From an uncultured Clostridia bacterium (lineage in GTDB: Bacteria; Bacillota; Clostridia; Christensenellales; CAMQZB01), in the NCBI GenBank assembly GCA_947039455.1, contig CAMQZB010000001.1, positions 15,877 to 79,876 of the forward strand: a DNA stretch of 64,000 nucleotides, written 5' to 3'. The position numbers and the translations under genes are program-made. The stretch's first letter is position 1; every line of letters begins with the position of its first letter. Under the pieces are notes generated by a model, which was not told where the DNA came from, made no database searches, and saw nothing but the letters and a program-made list of their open reading frames with translations. Below are positions 1 through 9,361 of the stretch, in pieces.

Positions 1-450
1 GGATTGTTCTTTGCCACTGAAAAAGGAATGTGCTTACGATGTGAATCTGATGACGTACCGCAACAAGGCAGAGTGTCAATTGGAGTTAAAGGAATTAACC
101 TAAATCCAGGTGATAAAGTTGTTTCGACTGCTATTATTGGAAACAGTGGCGAGATTTATGTAGTAACAAATGAGGGGTTAGCAAAACGAGTAATTTTGTC
201 TAATATCCCAATTACTGCAAGATACAGAAAAGGCGTAAAACTTATGGAATTTAAGAACAAAAATTCCGACTACGTAGTTTCAGCTGGTCACGTTAAAATA
301 CCTAAAAACATTGCAATAATCGGTGATACTAGTGATGTAACAGTAGAAAATACTGAAAATATCCCAATCGAAAAACGTGAAACTAAAGGCAAACCAGTAG
401 CTGATGTGAAATACTTCGACCACGTAGCCCTAGTAGTAGAAGTACTGTAA
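1..450 (+). CDS. C-terminal fragment of a type IIA topoisomerase A subunit (GyrA/ParC C-terminal domain); 5' end lies outside the window
   Basis: The reading frame is open to the window edge. Repeated blade-like segments (QGRVSIGVKGINL, YVVTNEGLAKRV, RKGVKLMEF) resemble the GyrA/ParC CTD. gyrA and parC cannot be told apart by eye. Confidence 0.55.
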   Translation, partial: GLFFATEKGMCLRCESDDVPQQGRVSIGVKGINLNPGDKVVSTAIIGNSGEIYVVTNEGLAKRVILSNIPITARYRKGVKLMEFKNKNSDYVVSAGHVKIPKNIAIIGDTSDVTVENTENIPIEKRETKGKPVADVKYFDHVALVVEVL

Positions 451-511
451 AAAGGTATCTATGTAGTTGTTTTTGAAATTGTTAAAACAAACAATTTTGG
501 TGATTAATATT

Positions 512-714
512 ATGAATATTGGAATTAGAATAAACAATTAAGAATAGAGAAGGGCGTAAGTCAAAAGACTGTGGCGGAAGCTGTTGGTGTAAATAAACGA
601 GCAGTGATATTTTGGGAGCAGGGAGTTAATGAGCCAAAAGCAAGTTATATTGCAAATCTAGCAACCTATTTTGGAGTTAGTTCAGATTATTTATTAGGAC
701 TTAAAGAGTATTAA
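512..714 (+). pseudogene. Small XRE-family HTH regulator interrupted by a -1 frameshift near codon 6-9
   Basis: ATG at 512 gives MNIGIRINN then stop. The adjacent frame continues NKQLRIEKGVSQKTVAEAVGVNKRAVIFWEQGVNEPKASYIANLATYFGVSSDYLLGLKEY, a canonical Cro/C1 HTH, but has no start codon of its own (TAG at 526-528). Confidence 0.5.
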
Positions 715-737
715 ACTACAATAATTTAACAAAAAGA

Positions 738-774
738 AAAGGCACTGTTTCAGTTGAAACAGTGCCTTATTTTA
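738..774. terminator. Bidirectional intrinsic terminator between the HTH remnant (+) and pyrE (-)
   Basis: Perfect 11-bp stem ggcactgtttc/gaaacagtgcc (741-751 and 756-766), with an A-run on one side and a T-run on the other. Confidence 0.8.
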
Positions 775-795
775 TGTTTTAATAGTGGTTTTAGG

Positions 796-1440
796 CTATA
801 AATCTAACCAAGAAGGGTCTTGTGGATTCTTTTGGAAAGCAGTAACCATAATTTTTTCTTTAGGAGTTATGTAACCGTGTTCACAAGCAACTTCAGTTAA
901 AGTAGTGAAGTTTGAAAGAGAGATGTTAGTAATATTAGCCTCTTGCAATCTTGTGATACCTTTCGCCATTTCGTAAGTAAAGATAGACACAATACCAAGA
1001 ACAACAGCACCAGCATCTCTTAAAGCCTCAACAACTTCAAGACATGAACCGCCAGTTGAAATTAAATCTTCAACAACAACAACCTTTTTTCCTTTAACTT
1101 GAAAGCCTTCAATTTGGTTTTGTCTACCGTGTGATTTAGCACCGCCACGAACGTAACCCATAGGTAAATCTAAGATTTCTGAAACGATAGCAGCGTGAGG
1201 AATGCCAGCAGTGGAAGTACCCATAACACCTTCACAATCACCGAAGTATTCTTTGATAGTAGAAGCGATAGAGTTTTCAATTAAACCACGAGTTGAGGGA
1301 TACGCAAGTGTTAAACGGTTGTCGCAGTAGATTGGTGACTTAATTCCTGAAGCCCAAGTGAAAGGTTCAGAAGGACTAAGGAACACAGCTTTTATTTCAA
1401 GTAACGCTTTAGCTACTTCAGTTGCAATATTTTTATTCAT
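796..1440 (-). CDS. pyrE: Orotate phosphoribosyltransferase
   Basis: PRTase motif VVVVEDLISTGGS, last position in the pyr operon. Start moved to the second Met (1440), which follows AAGGAG by 8 nt. Confidence 0.9.
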   Translation of the reverse strand: MNKNIATEVAKALLEIKAVFLSPSEPFTWASGIKSPIYCDNRLTLAYPSTRGLIENSIASTIKEYFGDCEGVMGTSTAGIPHAAIVSEILDLPMGYVRGGAKSHGRQNQIEGFQVKGKKVVVVEDLISTGGSCLEVVEALRDAGAVVLGIVSIFTYEMAKGITRLQEANITNISLSNFTTLTEVACEHGYITPKEKIMVTAFQKNPQDPSWLDL

Positions 1441-1531
1441 ATAAAATTCTCCTTTTAAGTACAAGAAATTAAGCTTTGAAAATCATAATTAGTGATAAAA
1501 ACAAAACTATATTTACTAATAAAATAACTAA

Positions 1532-2227
1532 TTAACCAACAAATTCAGCAATACATTGACGGTAAGCTGCAAGGGGATTAGTAGCACCAGTAATACTACG
1601 ACCAACCACAATGAAAGTACTTCCAAGGTCGCTAGCGATTTTTGGAGTAGTAACACGCATTTGATCGTCAGCAGAGTCACCAGCAAGACGGATACCTGGA
1701 GTCACGGAAATGAAGTTGTCCATTTTCGCAATAATAGGTGCCTCAAGTGGAGAACAAACCACGCCGTCAAGACCAGCAAGTTGTGCATTTTCAGCGTATT
1801 TTTTCACAGTATCAGCCATAGAAGCGTTAATAAGAAGTTCATCTTTCAAGGCGAAATCTGAAGTGGAAGTAAGTTGAGTAACAGCAATTAGAAGTGGAGT
1901 TTTTCCACCTTTTGCACCCTCAATTAAACCTTGTTTCGCTTGTTTCATCATTTCAATACCGCCACTAGCGTGAAGATTAGTGATATCAACGCCAAGCTTG
2001 GCAAGGTTTCGCATAGTTCTTTTTACAGTATTTGGAATATCGTAAAGTTTCAAATCTAGGAAGATTTTGAACCCACGTTCTTTCAGTTCAGTAACAAGAG
2101 TAGGGCCTTCTTTGTAGAAAAGCTCCATACCAACTTTAATGTAAGGTTTTTCCTCAGTAAAGTTAGCTAAAAAAGTGTTAAGTTCTAAACGTGATGAAAA
2201 ATCACAAGCAATAATTACGTCTTTCAT
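1532..2227 (-). CDS. pyrF: Orotidine 5'-phosphate decarboxylase
   Basis: DLKLYDIPNTV motif, 231 aa, operon context. Confidence 0.9.
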   Translation of the reverse strand: MKDVIIACDFSSRLELNTFLANFTEEKPYIKVGMELFYKEGPTLVTELKERGFKIFLDLKLYDIPNTVKRTMRNLAKLGVDITNLHASGGIEMMKQAKQGLIEGAKGGKTPLLIAVTQLTSTSDFALKDELLINASMADTVKKYAENAQLAGLDGVVCSPLEAPIIAKMDNFISVTPGIRLAGDSADDQMRVTTPKIASDLGSTFIVVGRSITGATNPLAAYRQCIAEFVG

Positions 2228-3135
2228 TTGAAGGACCTCCCAATAATATCATTTAAATTTTGTATATTTAGTTCTTTCATAACAACAGGTAAATTTTCGA
2301 TAATGTTTTTACAAGCGAAAGGCTCGATCAGATTAGCAGAACCAATCATCACAGCGGAAGCGCCAGCCATCATCATTTCAATAACGTCATAAGCGGAAGA
2401 AACACCGCCCATGCCAACAACAGGAATAGAAACAGCGTTAGCCACTTCGTAAACCATACGCAAAGCCACAGGAAAAATACCAGGGCCAGAGTAACCACCT
2501 TTAGTAACGGAAATAATCGGCTTGCCCGTTTTAGTATTAATACGCATGCCAAGAAGCGTATTAATCAATGAAATCCCGTCCGCCCCAGCATTCTCACAAG
2601 CTTTCGCCATAGCAACAATGTCAGTAACATTAGGAGATAACTTAACCAAAATAGGTTTAGTAGAAATCTTTTTCACCGCAACAACTAAATCGTGTGCAGT
2701 GGTAGGATCAACTCCAAAAGCCATACCGCCGCCTTTTACGTTAGGACAGCTTATGTTCAATTCGATAGCAAAAACATCTTCACAATCATTGAATTTAGCC
2801 ACAGCGGAAGTGTAATCTTCAACTGAATGACCGCCTACATTAGCAATAAGTTTTCCAGAAAAGTGTTTCTTGCAGTGTGGTATTTCATCAGATATAACTT
2901 TGTCAACACCAGGGTTTTGCAAACCCACAGCATTAATCAAACCGCTAGGACATTCAGCGATACGAGGCAACGGATTGCCGTATCGTGAAGCGATAGTGCT
3001 ACCTTTAAGGGATATAGAACCAAGACAGTTGATATCGTAAAATTCAGCGAACTCATAGCCGAACCCAAAAGTTCCACTAGCAGGAATTACAGGATTTTTC
3101 AATTCATAACCGAATAAATTAATTTTAGTATTCAT
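2224..3135 (-). CDS. pyrD: Dihydroorotate dehydrogenase B, catalytic subunit
   Basis: Class 1B features (NISCPNV catalytic Cys, GGV/GG FMN-binding C-terminus). ATGA overlap with pyrF. Confidence 0.9.
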   Translation of the reverse strand: MNTKINLFGYELKNPVIPASGTFGFGYEFAEFYDINCLGSISLKGSTIASRYGNPLPRIAECPSGLINAVGLQNPGVDKVISDEIPHCKKHFSGKLIANVGGHSVEDYTSAVAKFNDCEDVFAIELNISCPNVKGGGMAFGVDPTTAHDLVVAVKKISTKPILVKLSPNVTDIVAMAKACENAGADGISLINTLLGMRINTKTGKPIISVTKGGYSGPGIFPVALRMVYEVANAVSIPVVGMGGVSSAYDVIEMMMAGASAVMIGSANLIEPFACKNIIENLPVVMKELNIQNLNDIIGRSFK

Positions 3136-3136
3136 A

Positions 3137-3859
3137 TTAAAAAATCACCTCCGAAGCCTTAAACACAGGACCTTCCTTGCAAACACGAGCATAGCCTTTT
3201 GTAGTTTGAATAGTACAACCCATGCAAGCACCAAAGCCACAACCCATGCGAGCCTCAAGAGAAAGTTCCCCCATATCGGAATGAGAAGCCAAGGCTTTTA
3301 GCATAACCATAGGACCGCAAGCAAAGTATTTATCGTAAGCAATGTTAGAACGCTTTAAGCACTCAACAACGTTACCAGCGAACCCAAAAGAGCCGTCATC
3401 AGTAGCAATAGTTACGTTAGCAATCTTCTTAAATTCCTCAACATAAAACATCTCGTCTTTGTTCCTAAACCCCAAAATCACATTAGCAGTAATCCCTTTT
3501 TCAGCAAAATCATTAGCTAAATTAAATAGTGGAGCGATACCGATACCACCGCCAATAAGCAGTGGGGAAGTAACATTAGAAATGTCAAAAGTATTCCCAA
3601 GTTCAGATAGAACATCAAACACAGTCCCAAAACCAACTTCCGTCATATCAGAAGTGCCAGCCCCAAGAACCTTATATAGTAAAGTCAAGGTATTGTCTTT
3701 ATAACGAGCAACGGAGAAAGGACGACGAAGGTATTTGTTAGGCAGTTGAAGTTCGATAAATTGTCCTGAACGAAGAATTGTATCACCAGTTAAAATCATT
3801 TCAAAAGTGTCGTGTCCAACAGAAGTGTTGGACAGCACAGTCATTTTAATTTGTTTCAT
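3137..3859 (-). CDS. pyrK: Dihydroorotate dehydrogenase B, electron-transfer (FAD/2Fe-2S) subunit
   Basis: C-terminal Cys cluster CGFGACMGC...C, 240 aa, directly upstream of pyrD. Confidence 0.85.
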   Translation of the reverse strand: MKQIKMTVLSNTSVGHDTFEMILTGDTILRSGQFIELQLPNKYLRRPFSVARYKDNTLTLLYKVLGAGTSDMTEVGFGTVFDVLSELGNTFDISNVTSPLLIGGGIGIAPLFNLANDFAEKGITANVILGFRNKDEMFYVEEFKKIANVTIATDDGSFGFAGNVVECLKRSNIAYDKYFACGPMVMLKALASHSDMGELSLEARMGCGFGACMGCTIQTTKGYARVCKEGPVFKASEVIF

Positions 3860-3868
3860 AAAACCTCT

Positions 3869-6800
3869 CTAGCTAATAGTTGAGATACCCATAGTAATTT
3901 CTTCAAGCACATTAAGAAGTACTGCAACGGTATCTAAAGAAGTGAACACAGGCACGTTATTTTCCACCGCAGTGCGACGAATAATAACACCGTCATGTTG
4001 AGTATGAGAGTTACTTTCGCTACTAGTGTTTACGATGTAAGTAACATAACCTTTGCGAAGTGAAGTAAGAATTTCGTCACTACCTTCGCTGATTTTCTTT
4101 TTCTCACGAGTCTTGATACCATGTTCTTTCAAATAAGTTGCAGTACCAGCAGTTGCCTCGATGTTGAAACCAAGTTGATAGAAACGTTTAATCAAAGGAA
4201 GAGCAGCCTCTTTAGTAGAGTCATTTAGCGTAGCCAAAACAGTACCATAGTTAGAAACCTTCAACCCAGAAGCCTTCAATGCTTTGTAAACAGCACGAGT
4301 CAAACTCTTATCGTAACCAATAGCCTCTCCAGTAGATTTCATTTCAGGAGAAAGTACAGAGTCAAGACCTGATAGTTTAGAGTAAGAGAAAGTAGGAGCT
4401 TTCACGTAGAACTTTTCTTTATTAGGAAGAAGTCCAACATAACCAAGGTCTTTCAAAGAAGTACCAAGCATAACCTTAGTTGCAATATTAGCAATAGGAG
4501 CGCCAGTGGTTTTAGCTAAGAAAGGCACAGAACGGCTAGACCTAGGATTAACTTCGATAATGTATACTTTGTTGTTTCTATCAATAACAAATTGAATGTT
4601 GAAAGGACCAACGATACCGATAGCCATAGCTATGCGAGTGGAGTAGTCAACAATAGTATTACGAGTTTCAGCACTTAGAGAGAAGTCAGGGTAAACGCTC
4701 ATAGAGTCACCACTATGAACACCAGCACGCTCAATATGTTCCATGATGCCAGGGATAAATACATCAGTACCGTCACAAATCGCATCAACCTCACATTCTT
4801 TACCTACCACATATTTATCAATAAGCACAGGGTGTTTTTCGTTAATAGCAATAGCCTCTTTCACAAAAGGAGCTAGCGTTTCGTCATCGTAACAAATGTG
4901 CATCATACGACCACCAAGAACGAATGAAGGACGAACAAGAACAGGATAACCAATTTGGTTAGCAGTAGCAACCCCTTCTTCAACGCTGTAAACTCCCTTA
5001 CCCTCAGGCATAGGAATATTTACGCTATTAAGCACCTCAGCGAACAAATCTCTGTCCTCAGCTAAAGCGATAGAATGACTTGAAGTACCCATAATAGGCA
5101 CGCCAGCATTATGCAAATCTTCCGCTAAGTTAATAGCAGTTTGGCCACCAAGAGCAACAATAACGCCCTTAGGTTTTTCGTATGTAATAATATTCATAAC
5201 ATCTTCATAAGTCAAAGGTTCGAAGTAAAGCTTGTCTGAAAGGGTATGGTCAGTAGAAACTGTTTCAGGGTTATTGTTAATAATGATAGCCTCGAAACCC
5301 GCTTCTTGAATAGCCCAAACAGCGTGAACAGTAGAGTAGTCAAACTCAACCCCTTGCCCAATCCTAATAGGCCCAGACCCAAGAACAATTACTTTCTCTC
5401 TGTCGGATACGATAGACTCATTACCGTTAGAGTAAGTAGAGTATAGGTAAGGAACATAAGACTTAAATTCGTTACCGCAAGTATCGATACTTCTGTATAC
5501 AGGGAACAAGTGGTTTTCTTTACGCAAATTGAACATAGCGTATTCATCAGTACCCCAAAGTTTCGCAATTTCCTTATCTGAGAAACCCATAACCTTAGCA
5601 TCATAAAGAATTTCCATGTTGTTTACGTTGTCCGCAACTACTTTTTCCATAGCAGTAATAGATTGTAGCTTATCAAGGAAGAAGCGATCTATTTTAGTTA
5701 AGTGGTATAAGTAGTCAAGAGGAATATCACGACGAATAGCCTCAGTAAGAGCAAAAATTCTTTCATCGTTGTTAAGGATAATATAATCAATCAAATCGTG
5801 GTTAGACAATTTTCCTAATTTTTCAATCTCCATGTGGCAAACACCGATTTCAAGAGAGCGAACAGCCTTCAAGAAACTTTCCTCAATAGTTCTTCCGATA
5901 CTCATAACTTCGCCAGTAGCTTTCATTTGAGTTGAAAGACGGCGGTCAGCACTTTGGAACTTGTCGAAAGGAAAACGAGGGAATTTAGCTACAACGTAGT
6001 CAAGAGTAGGAGAGAAACTTGCGTTTAAATCTCCAATAGGAATTTCCTCAAGTTTAAGCCCACAAGCAATCTTTGCTGAAACACGAGCGATAGGAAAACC
6101 AGAAGCTTTTGAAGCTAAAGCGGAAGACCTAGAAACACGAGGATTAACTTCGATTACGAAATATTCAAAAGAAGTAGGGTCAAGAGAGTATTGAACGTTG
6201 CAACCACCCTCAATTTTCAGTTCTTTAATGATTTTCAAAGAAGATTGAGCAAGCATGTTGTATTCTTTAGAAGTCAAAGTTTGACAAGGAGCAACAACGA
6301 TTGAGTCGCCAGTGTGAATACCAACAGCGTCAACGTTTTCCATAGAACAAATTACGATTGCAGTATCGTTTTTATCACGCATAACTTCAAATTCGATTTC
6401 CTTGAAACCTTTGATAGATTTCTCAACAAGAACTTGATGAACAGGAGACAATTTCAAAGCGTTAATAGAAAGTTCTCTGATTTCTTTTTCGTTATCAGCA
6501 AAACCACCGCCAGTTCCACCAAGAGTGAAAGCAGGACGAAGGATAATAGGATAACCAATTTTATCCGCCGCCTGAACGATTTCTTCGATAGTGGAAGCAG
6601 TGTAAGATTCTAAAATAGGTTCGCCAATGCGGTTACATAAATCTGAGAAAAGTTGTCTATCTTCCGCTTGACTGATAGCGTCAAACTTAGTGCCAAGAAG
6701 CTCCACTTGACATTCTTCAAGTATTCCTTTGTTGTGGAGTTGCATACCAAGATTAAGCCCAGTTTGACCACCGATAGAGCAAAGTAATCCGTCAGGACGT

Positions 6801-7042
6801 TCGAAACGAATAATTTTAGCAATGTTTTCTAAATCAAGAGGTTCCATGTAAACTTTATCAGCGATTTTTGTGTCAGTCATGATAGTGGCAGGGTTGCTGT
6901 TAGCTAAAATAACTTCATAACCTTCTTCCATAAGTGCCAAGCACGCTTGAGTACCTGCATAGTCAAACTCAGCAGCTTGACCAATAACGATTGGACCTGA
7001 TCCAATAACCATTATTTTCTTAATATCTGTTCTCTTCGGCAT
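3869..7042 (-). CDS. carB: Carbamoyl-phosphate synthase large subunit
   Basis: 1057 aa with duplicated ATP-grasp halves (VIGSGPIVIGQAAEFDY and VLGSGPIRIGQGVEFDY). GGGAGG RBS inside the 3' end of carA. Confidence 0.95.
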   Translation of the reverse strand: MPKRTDIKKIMVIGSGPIVIGQAAEFDYAGTQACLALMEEGYEVILANSNPATIMTDTKIADKVYMEPLDLENIAKIIRFERPDGLLCSIGGQTGLNLGMQLHNKGILEECQVELLGTKFDAISQAEDRQLFSDLCNRIGEPILESYTASTIEEIVQAADKIGYPIILRPAFTLGGTGGGFADNEKEIRELSINALKLSPVHQVLVEKSIKGFKEIEFEVMRDKNDTAIVICSMENVDAVGIHTGDSIVVAPCQTLTSKEYNMLAQSSLKIIKELKIEGGCNVQYSLDPTSFEYFVIEVNPRVSRSSALASKASGFPIARVSAKIACGLKLEEIPIGDLNASFSPTLDYVVAKFPRFPFDKFQSADRRLSTQMKATGEVMSIGRTIEESFLKAVRSLEIGVCHMEIEKLGKLSNHDLIDYIILNNDERIFALTEAIRRDIPLDYLYHLTKIDRFFLDKLQSITAMEKVVADNVNNMEILYDAKVMGFSDKEIAKLWGTDEYAMFNLRKENHLFPVYRSIDTCGNEFKSYVPYLYSTYSNGNESIVSDREKVIVLGSGPIRIGQGVEFDYSTVHAVWAIQEAGFEAIIINNNPETVSTDHTLSDKLYFEPLTYEDVMNIITYEKPKGVIVALGGQTAINLAEDLHNAGVPIMGTSSHSIALAEDRDLFAEVLNSVNIPMPEGKGVYSVEEGVATANQIGYPVLVRPSFVLGGRMMHICYDDETLAPFVKEAIAINEKHPVLIDKYVVGKECEVDAICDGTDVFIPGIMEHIERAGVHSGDSMSVYPDFSLSAETRNTIVDYSTRIAMAIGIVGPFNIQFVIDRNNKVYIIEVNPRSSRSVPFLAKTTGAPIANIATKVMLGTSLKDLGYVGLLPNKEKFYVKAPTFSYSKLSGLDSVLSPEMKSTGEAIGYDKSLTRAVYKALKASGLKVSNYGTVLATLNDSTKEAALPLIKRFYQLGFNIEATAGTATYLKEHGIKTREKKKISEGSDEILTSLRKGYVTYIVNTSSESNSHTQHDGVIIRRTAVENNVPVFTSLDTVAVLLNVLEEITMGISTIS

Positions 7043-8129
7043 AAGTGTTTCCTCCCATTTTGTTCATATATTCCAAGAATTTATCAAATTCCGTGTCATA
7101 TTTGTTAGTGTTAATAATGTTATCAGGGTAAAATTGAATACCGATAACCATATTTTCCTCATCGATAACACCCTCAATGTCGTTATCCATAAGATTGATT
7201 TTGTTCACTTTCAAAGTAGTGTTTTCTATTGATAGTGGGTCGATAGAGAAACGATGATTTTGCACATATGTACCTACTTTTTCAGTAATAGTATCTTTAA
7301 CTGGGTGGTTAGCACCGCTGTGAGGAACTTTCATTGGAGAAACTTTTCCACCGTAAGACATGGCGATAAGAGAAGCCCCAAGAGCGATACCAAAAATCGG
7401 AAGTTTTCCACGAAGTTTAGCAAGTAGTTTAGCAATCTCAGGATAATCTGAAGGATTATCAACACCGCTAGAAACAAGAAGCCCGTCGGGATTGTGGCTT
7501 AAAATATCTTCGTAAGTGGAAGTTAGTGGAGCGACTATAACATTGCAACCAGCATTGTTTAGTTGTTTAATGAAAGAGTTTTTGATACCAAAATCAAGAG
7601 CAACTACGTTGTAAACAGGGTTTTTAGTTCTTGAATGAAAAGTAGGGCGTAAAAGATGTTTTTCGGCAAGTCTTTTCTCTACTTTGTAACCTTTAATTTC
7701 AGCTAAAGCCATTTCGATGTTAGCATCAGCGGAAGTAATCATACAAACCATAGAGCCGTTGTTACGAAGTTCTTTCACGATCATGCGAGTGTCAAGATTA
7801 GAAATACCAGCTGAATCGGAAGTTTCCATAACTTCCCCAAGAGTACGAGTGAATCTAAAGTTTGAAGGCTTGTGGTTGTATTCAGTAACAACAAGACCAG
7901 AAGTAGCAACATTTCTTGACTCATAGTCCTCATCGGACATACCACAGTTGCCAATAAGTGGATAATTCATCACCAAAATTTTACCTAAGTTACTGCTGTC
8001 AGTAACGATTTCTTGATAACCAATCATTGATGTGTTAAACACCATTTCCGCAACAACTGTCTTTTGACTACCGAATCCAGTGCCAAGGAAAGTTTTGCCG
8101 TTTTCAAGAATTAATATTCTGTCGTTCAT
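7020..8129 (-). CDS. carA: Carbamoyl-phosphate synthase small subunit homolog with a degenerate glutaminase site
   Basis: Full-length CarA architecture and operon position. The class-I GATase motifs read GIALGAS (expected GICLGHQ) and QFYPD (expected QxHPE). See the corresponding finding. Confidence 0.85.
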   Translation of the reverse strand: MNDRILILENGKTFLGTGFGSQKTVVAEMVFNTSMIGYQEIVTDSSNLGKILVMNYPLIGNCGMSDEDYESRNVATSGLVVTEYNHKPSNFRFTRTLGEVMETSDSAGISNLDTRMIVKELRNNGSMVCMITSADANIEMALAEIKGYKVEKRLAEKHLLRPTFHSRTKNPVYNVVALDFGIKNSFIKQLNNAGCNVIVAPLTSTYEDILSHNPDGLLVSSGVDNPSDYPEIAKLLAKLRGKLPIFGIALGASLIAMSYGGKVSPMKVPHSGANHPVKDTITEKVGTYVQNHRFSIDPLSIENTTLKVNKINLMDNDIEGVIDEENMVIGIQFYPDNIINTNKYDTEFDKFLEYMNKMGGNTYAEENRY

Positions 8130-8149
8130 ATTTCTTCCTCCTAAATTAA

Positions 8150-9361
8150 TTAATCTACAAAATTTCTATAAACTATTTCACCGTTAATCAGTGTTAAACA
8201 GTTTTTACCAAAGTAAGTTTCTCCAATAAATGGAGTGTTGGAACTTTTACTAACAATCTCACAAGCAGTGAAAGTGTGAGAGTTATTTATATCAAGCAAA
8301 GCCAAGTCCGCCGTGGCCCCTTCTTCAATAGAAGTGAAAGGCAAGTTAAACCTAGTTGCAGGATTTTCTGAAGTAATTTCAATAAATTGTTTGTGAGAAA
8401 TTAATCCGTTTTTCACAAAATGAGTATATATAAGGGGCAAAGCAGTTTCCAATCCAGTGATACCGTTAGGCGATTTCTCGCTGTTTTTCTCCTCCGCCGT
8501 GTGTGGTGCATGGTCAGTAGCAATCATTGAAGCCGTACTTGATATAAGTGCGTTAACAGCAGCTTGTACATTCTCACTTGACCGCAAAGGTGGGTTCATT
8601 TGATAGTTATTATTTGGAATACCGTTGTCATTGTTAAGTAATAAATGGTGTGGAGTAACTTCGCAAGTCACGTTCAAACCTTCTTTTTTCGCATTGCTAA
8701 TGAGCCTAAAACTCTCAGCAGTTGATATATGGCAAAAGTGATATTTACAAGGGTGAGAACGAAGCAATTCGATTTCTTTTTCACAAGCTAAGTATTCCGC
8801 CTTTTCGCTAGTACCGTATCCAGTTAGTTCCGCATGAGAAGCAATAACAATATTGTTTTTACCTGCAATGTCCATAGCCTCCGCTAAAATTTCGTAATTA
8901 TTTACACCAACACCGTCGTCTGTAAAGCCTTTTACGTAACTAGACAATTCCGCCAAATCACTTATTTTCTCACCTTTCTCACCAACAGTAACGCTAGCGA
9001 AAGGATAGCAGTGAACAAGAGAATCAGTTGCAAGAATATCAAGCTGAACTTTCAAATTCGCCACAGAATCAGGAGTAGGATTTAAGTTCGGCATAGTCAT
9101 AATTGTACCAAAACCGCCCTTCACCGCAGCAAGAGTACCTGTTTTCACAGTTTCCTTGTGGCAAAACCCAGGTTCACGTAAATGCACATGAACATCAACC
9201 CCAGCGGGTATCAACCACATTTCCTTACAATCAATAACAGGAACATCACAAGCGTGAAGAGCATCTCCAATTTTGTCAATCTTTCCTGAAGATATAGCAA
9301 CATCTTTTTTCACTAAGTTGTTTTCACCTTCAAGTATTAAAACATTTTTTAGTATAATCAT
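8150..9361 (-). CDS. pyrC: Dihydroorotase
   Basis: DVHVHLREPG and ATDHAPH metal-binding motifs, 403 aa. Confidence 0.9.
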   Translation of the reverse strand: MIILKNVLILEGENNLVKKDVAISSGKIDKIGDALHACDVPVIDCKEMWLIPAGVDVHVHLREPGFCHKETVKTGTLAAVKGGFGTIMTMPNLNPTPDSVANLKVQLDILATDSLVHCYPFASVTVGEKGEKISDLAELSSYVKGFTDDGVGVNNYEILAEAMDIAGKNNIVIASHAELTGYGTSEKAEYLACEKEIELLRSHPCKYHFCHISTAESFRLISNAKKEGLNVTCEVTPHHLLLNNDNGIPNNNYQMNPPLRSSENVQAAVNALISSTASMIATDHAPHTAEEKNSEKSPNGITGLETALPLIYTHFVKNGLISHKQFIEITSENPATRFNLPFTSIEEGATADLALLDINNSHTFTACEIVSKSSNTPFIGETYFGKNCLTLINGEIVYRNFVD

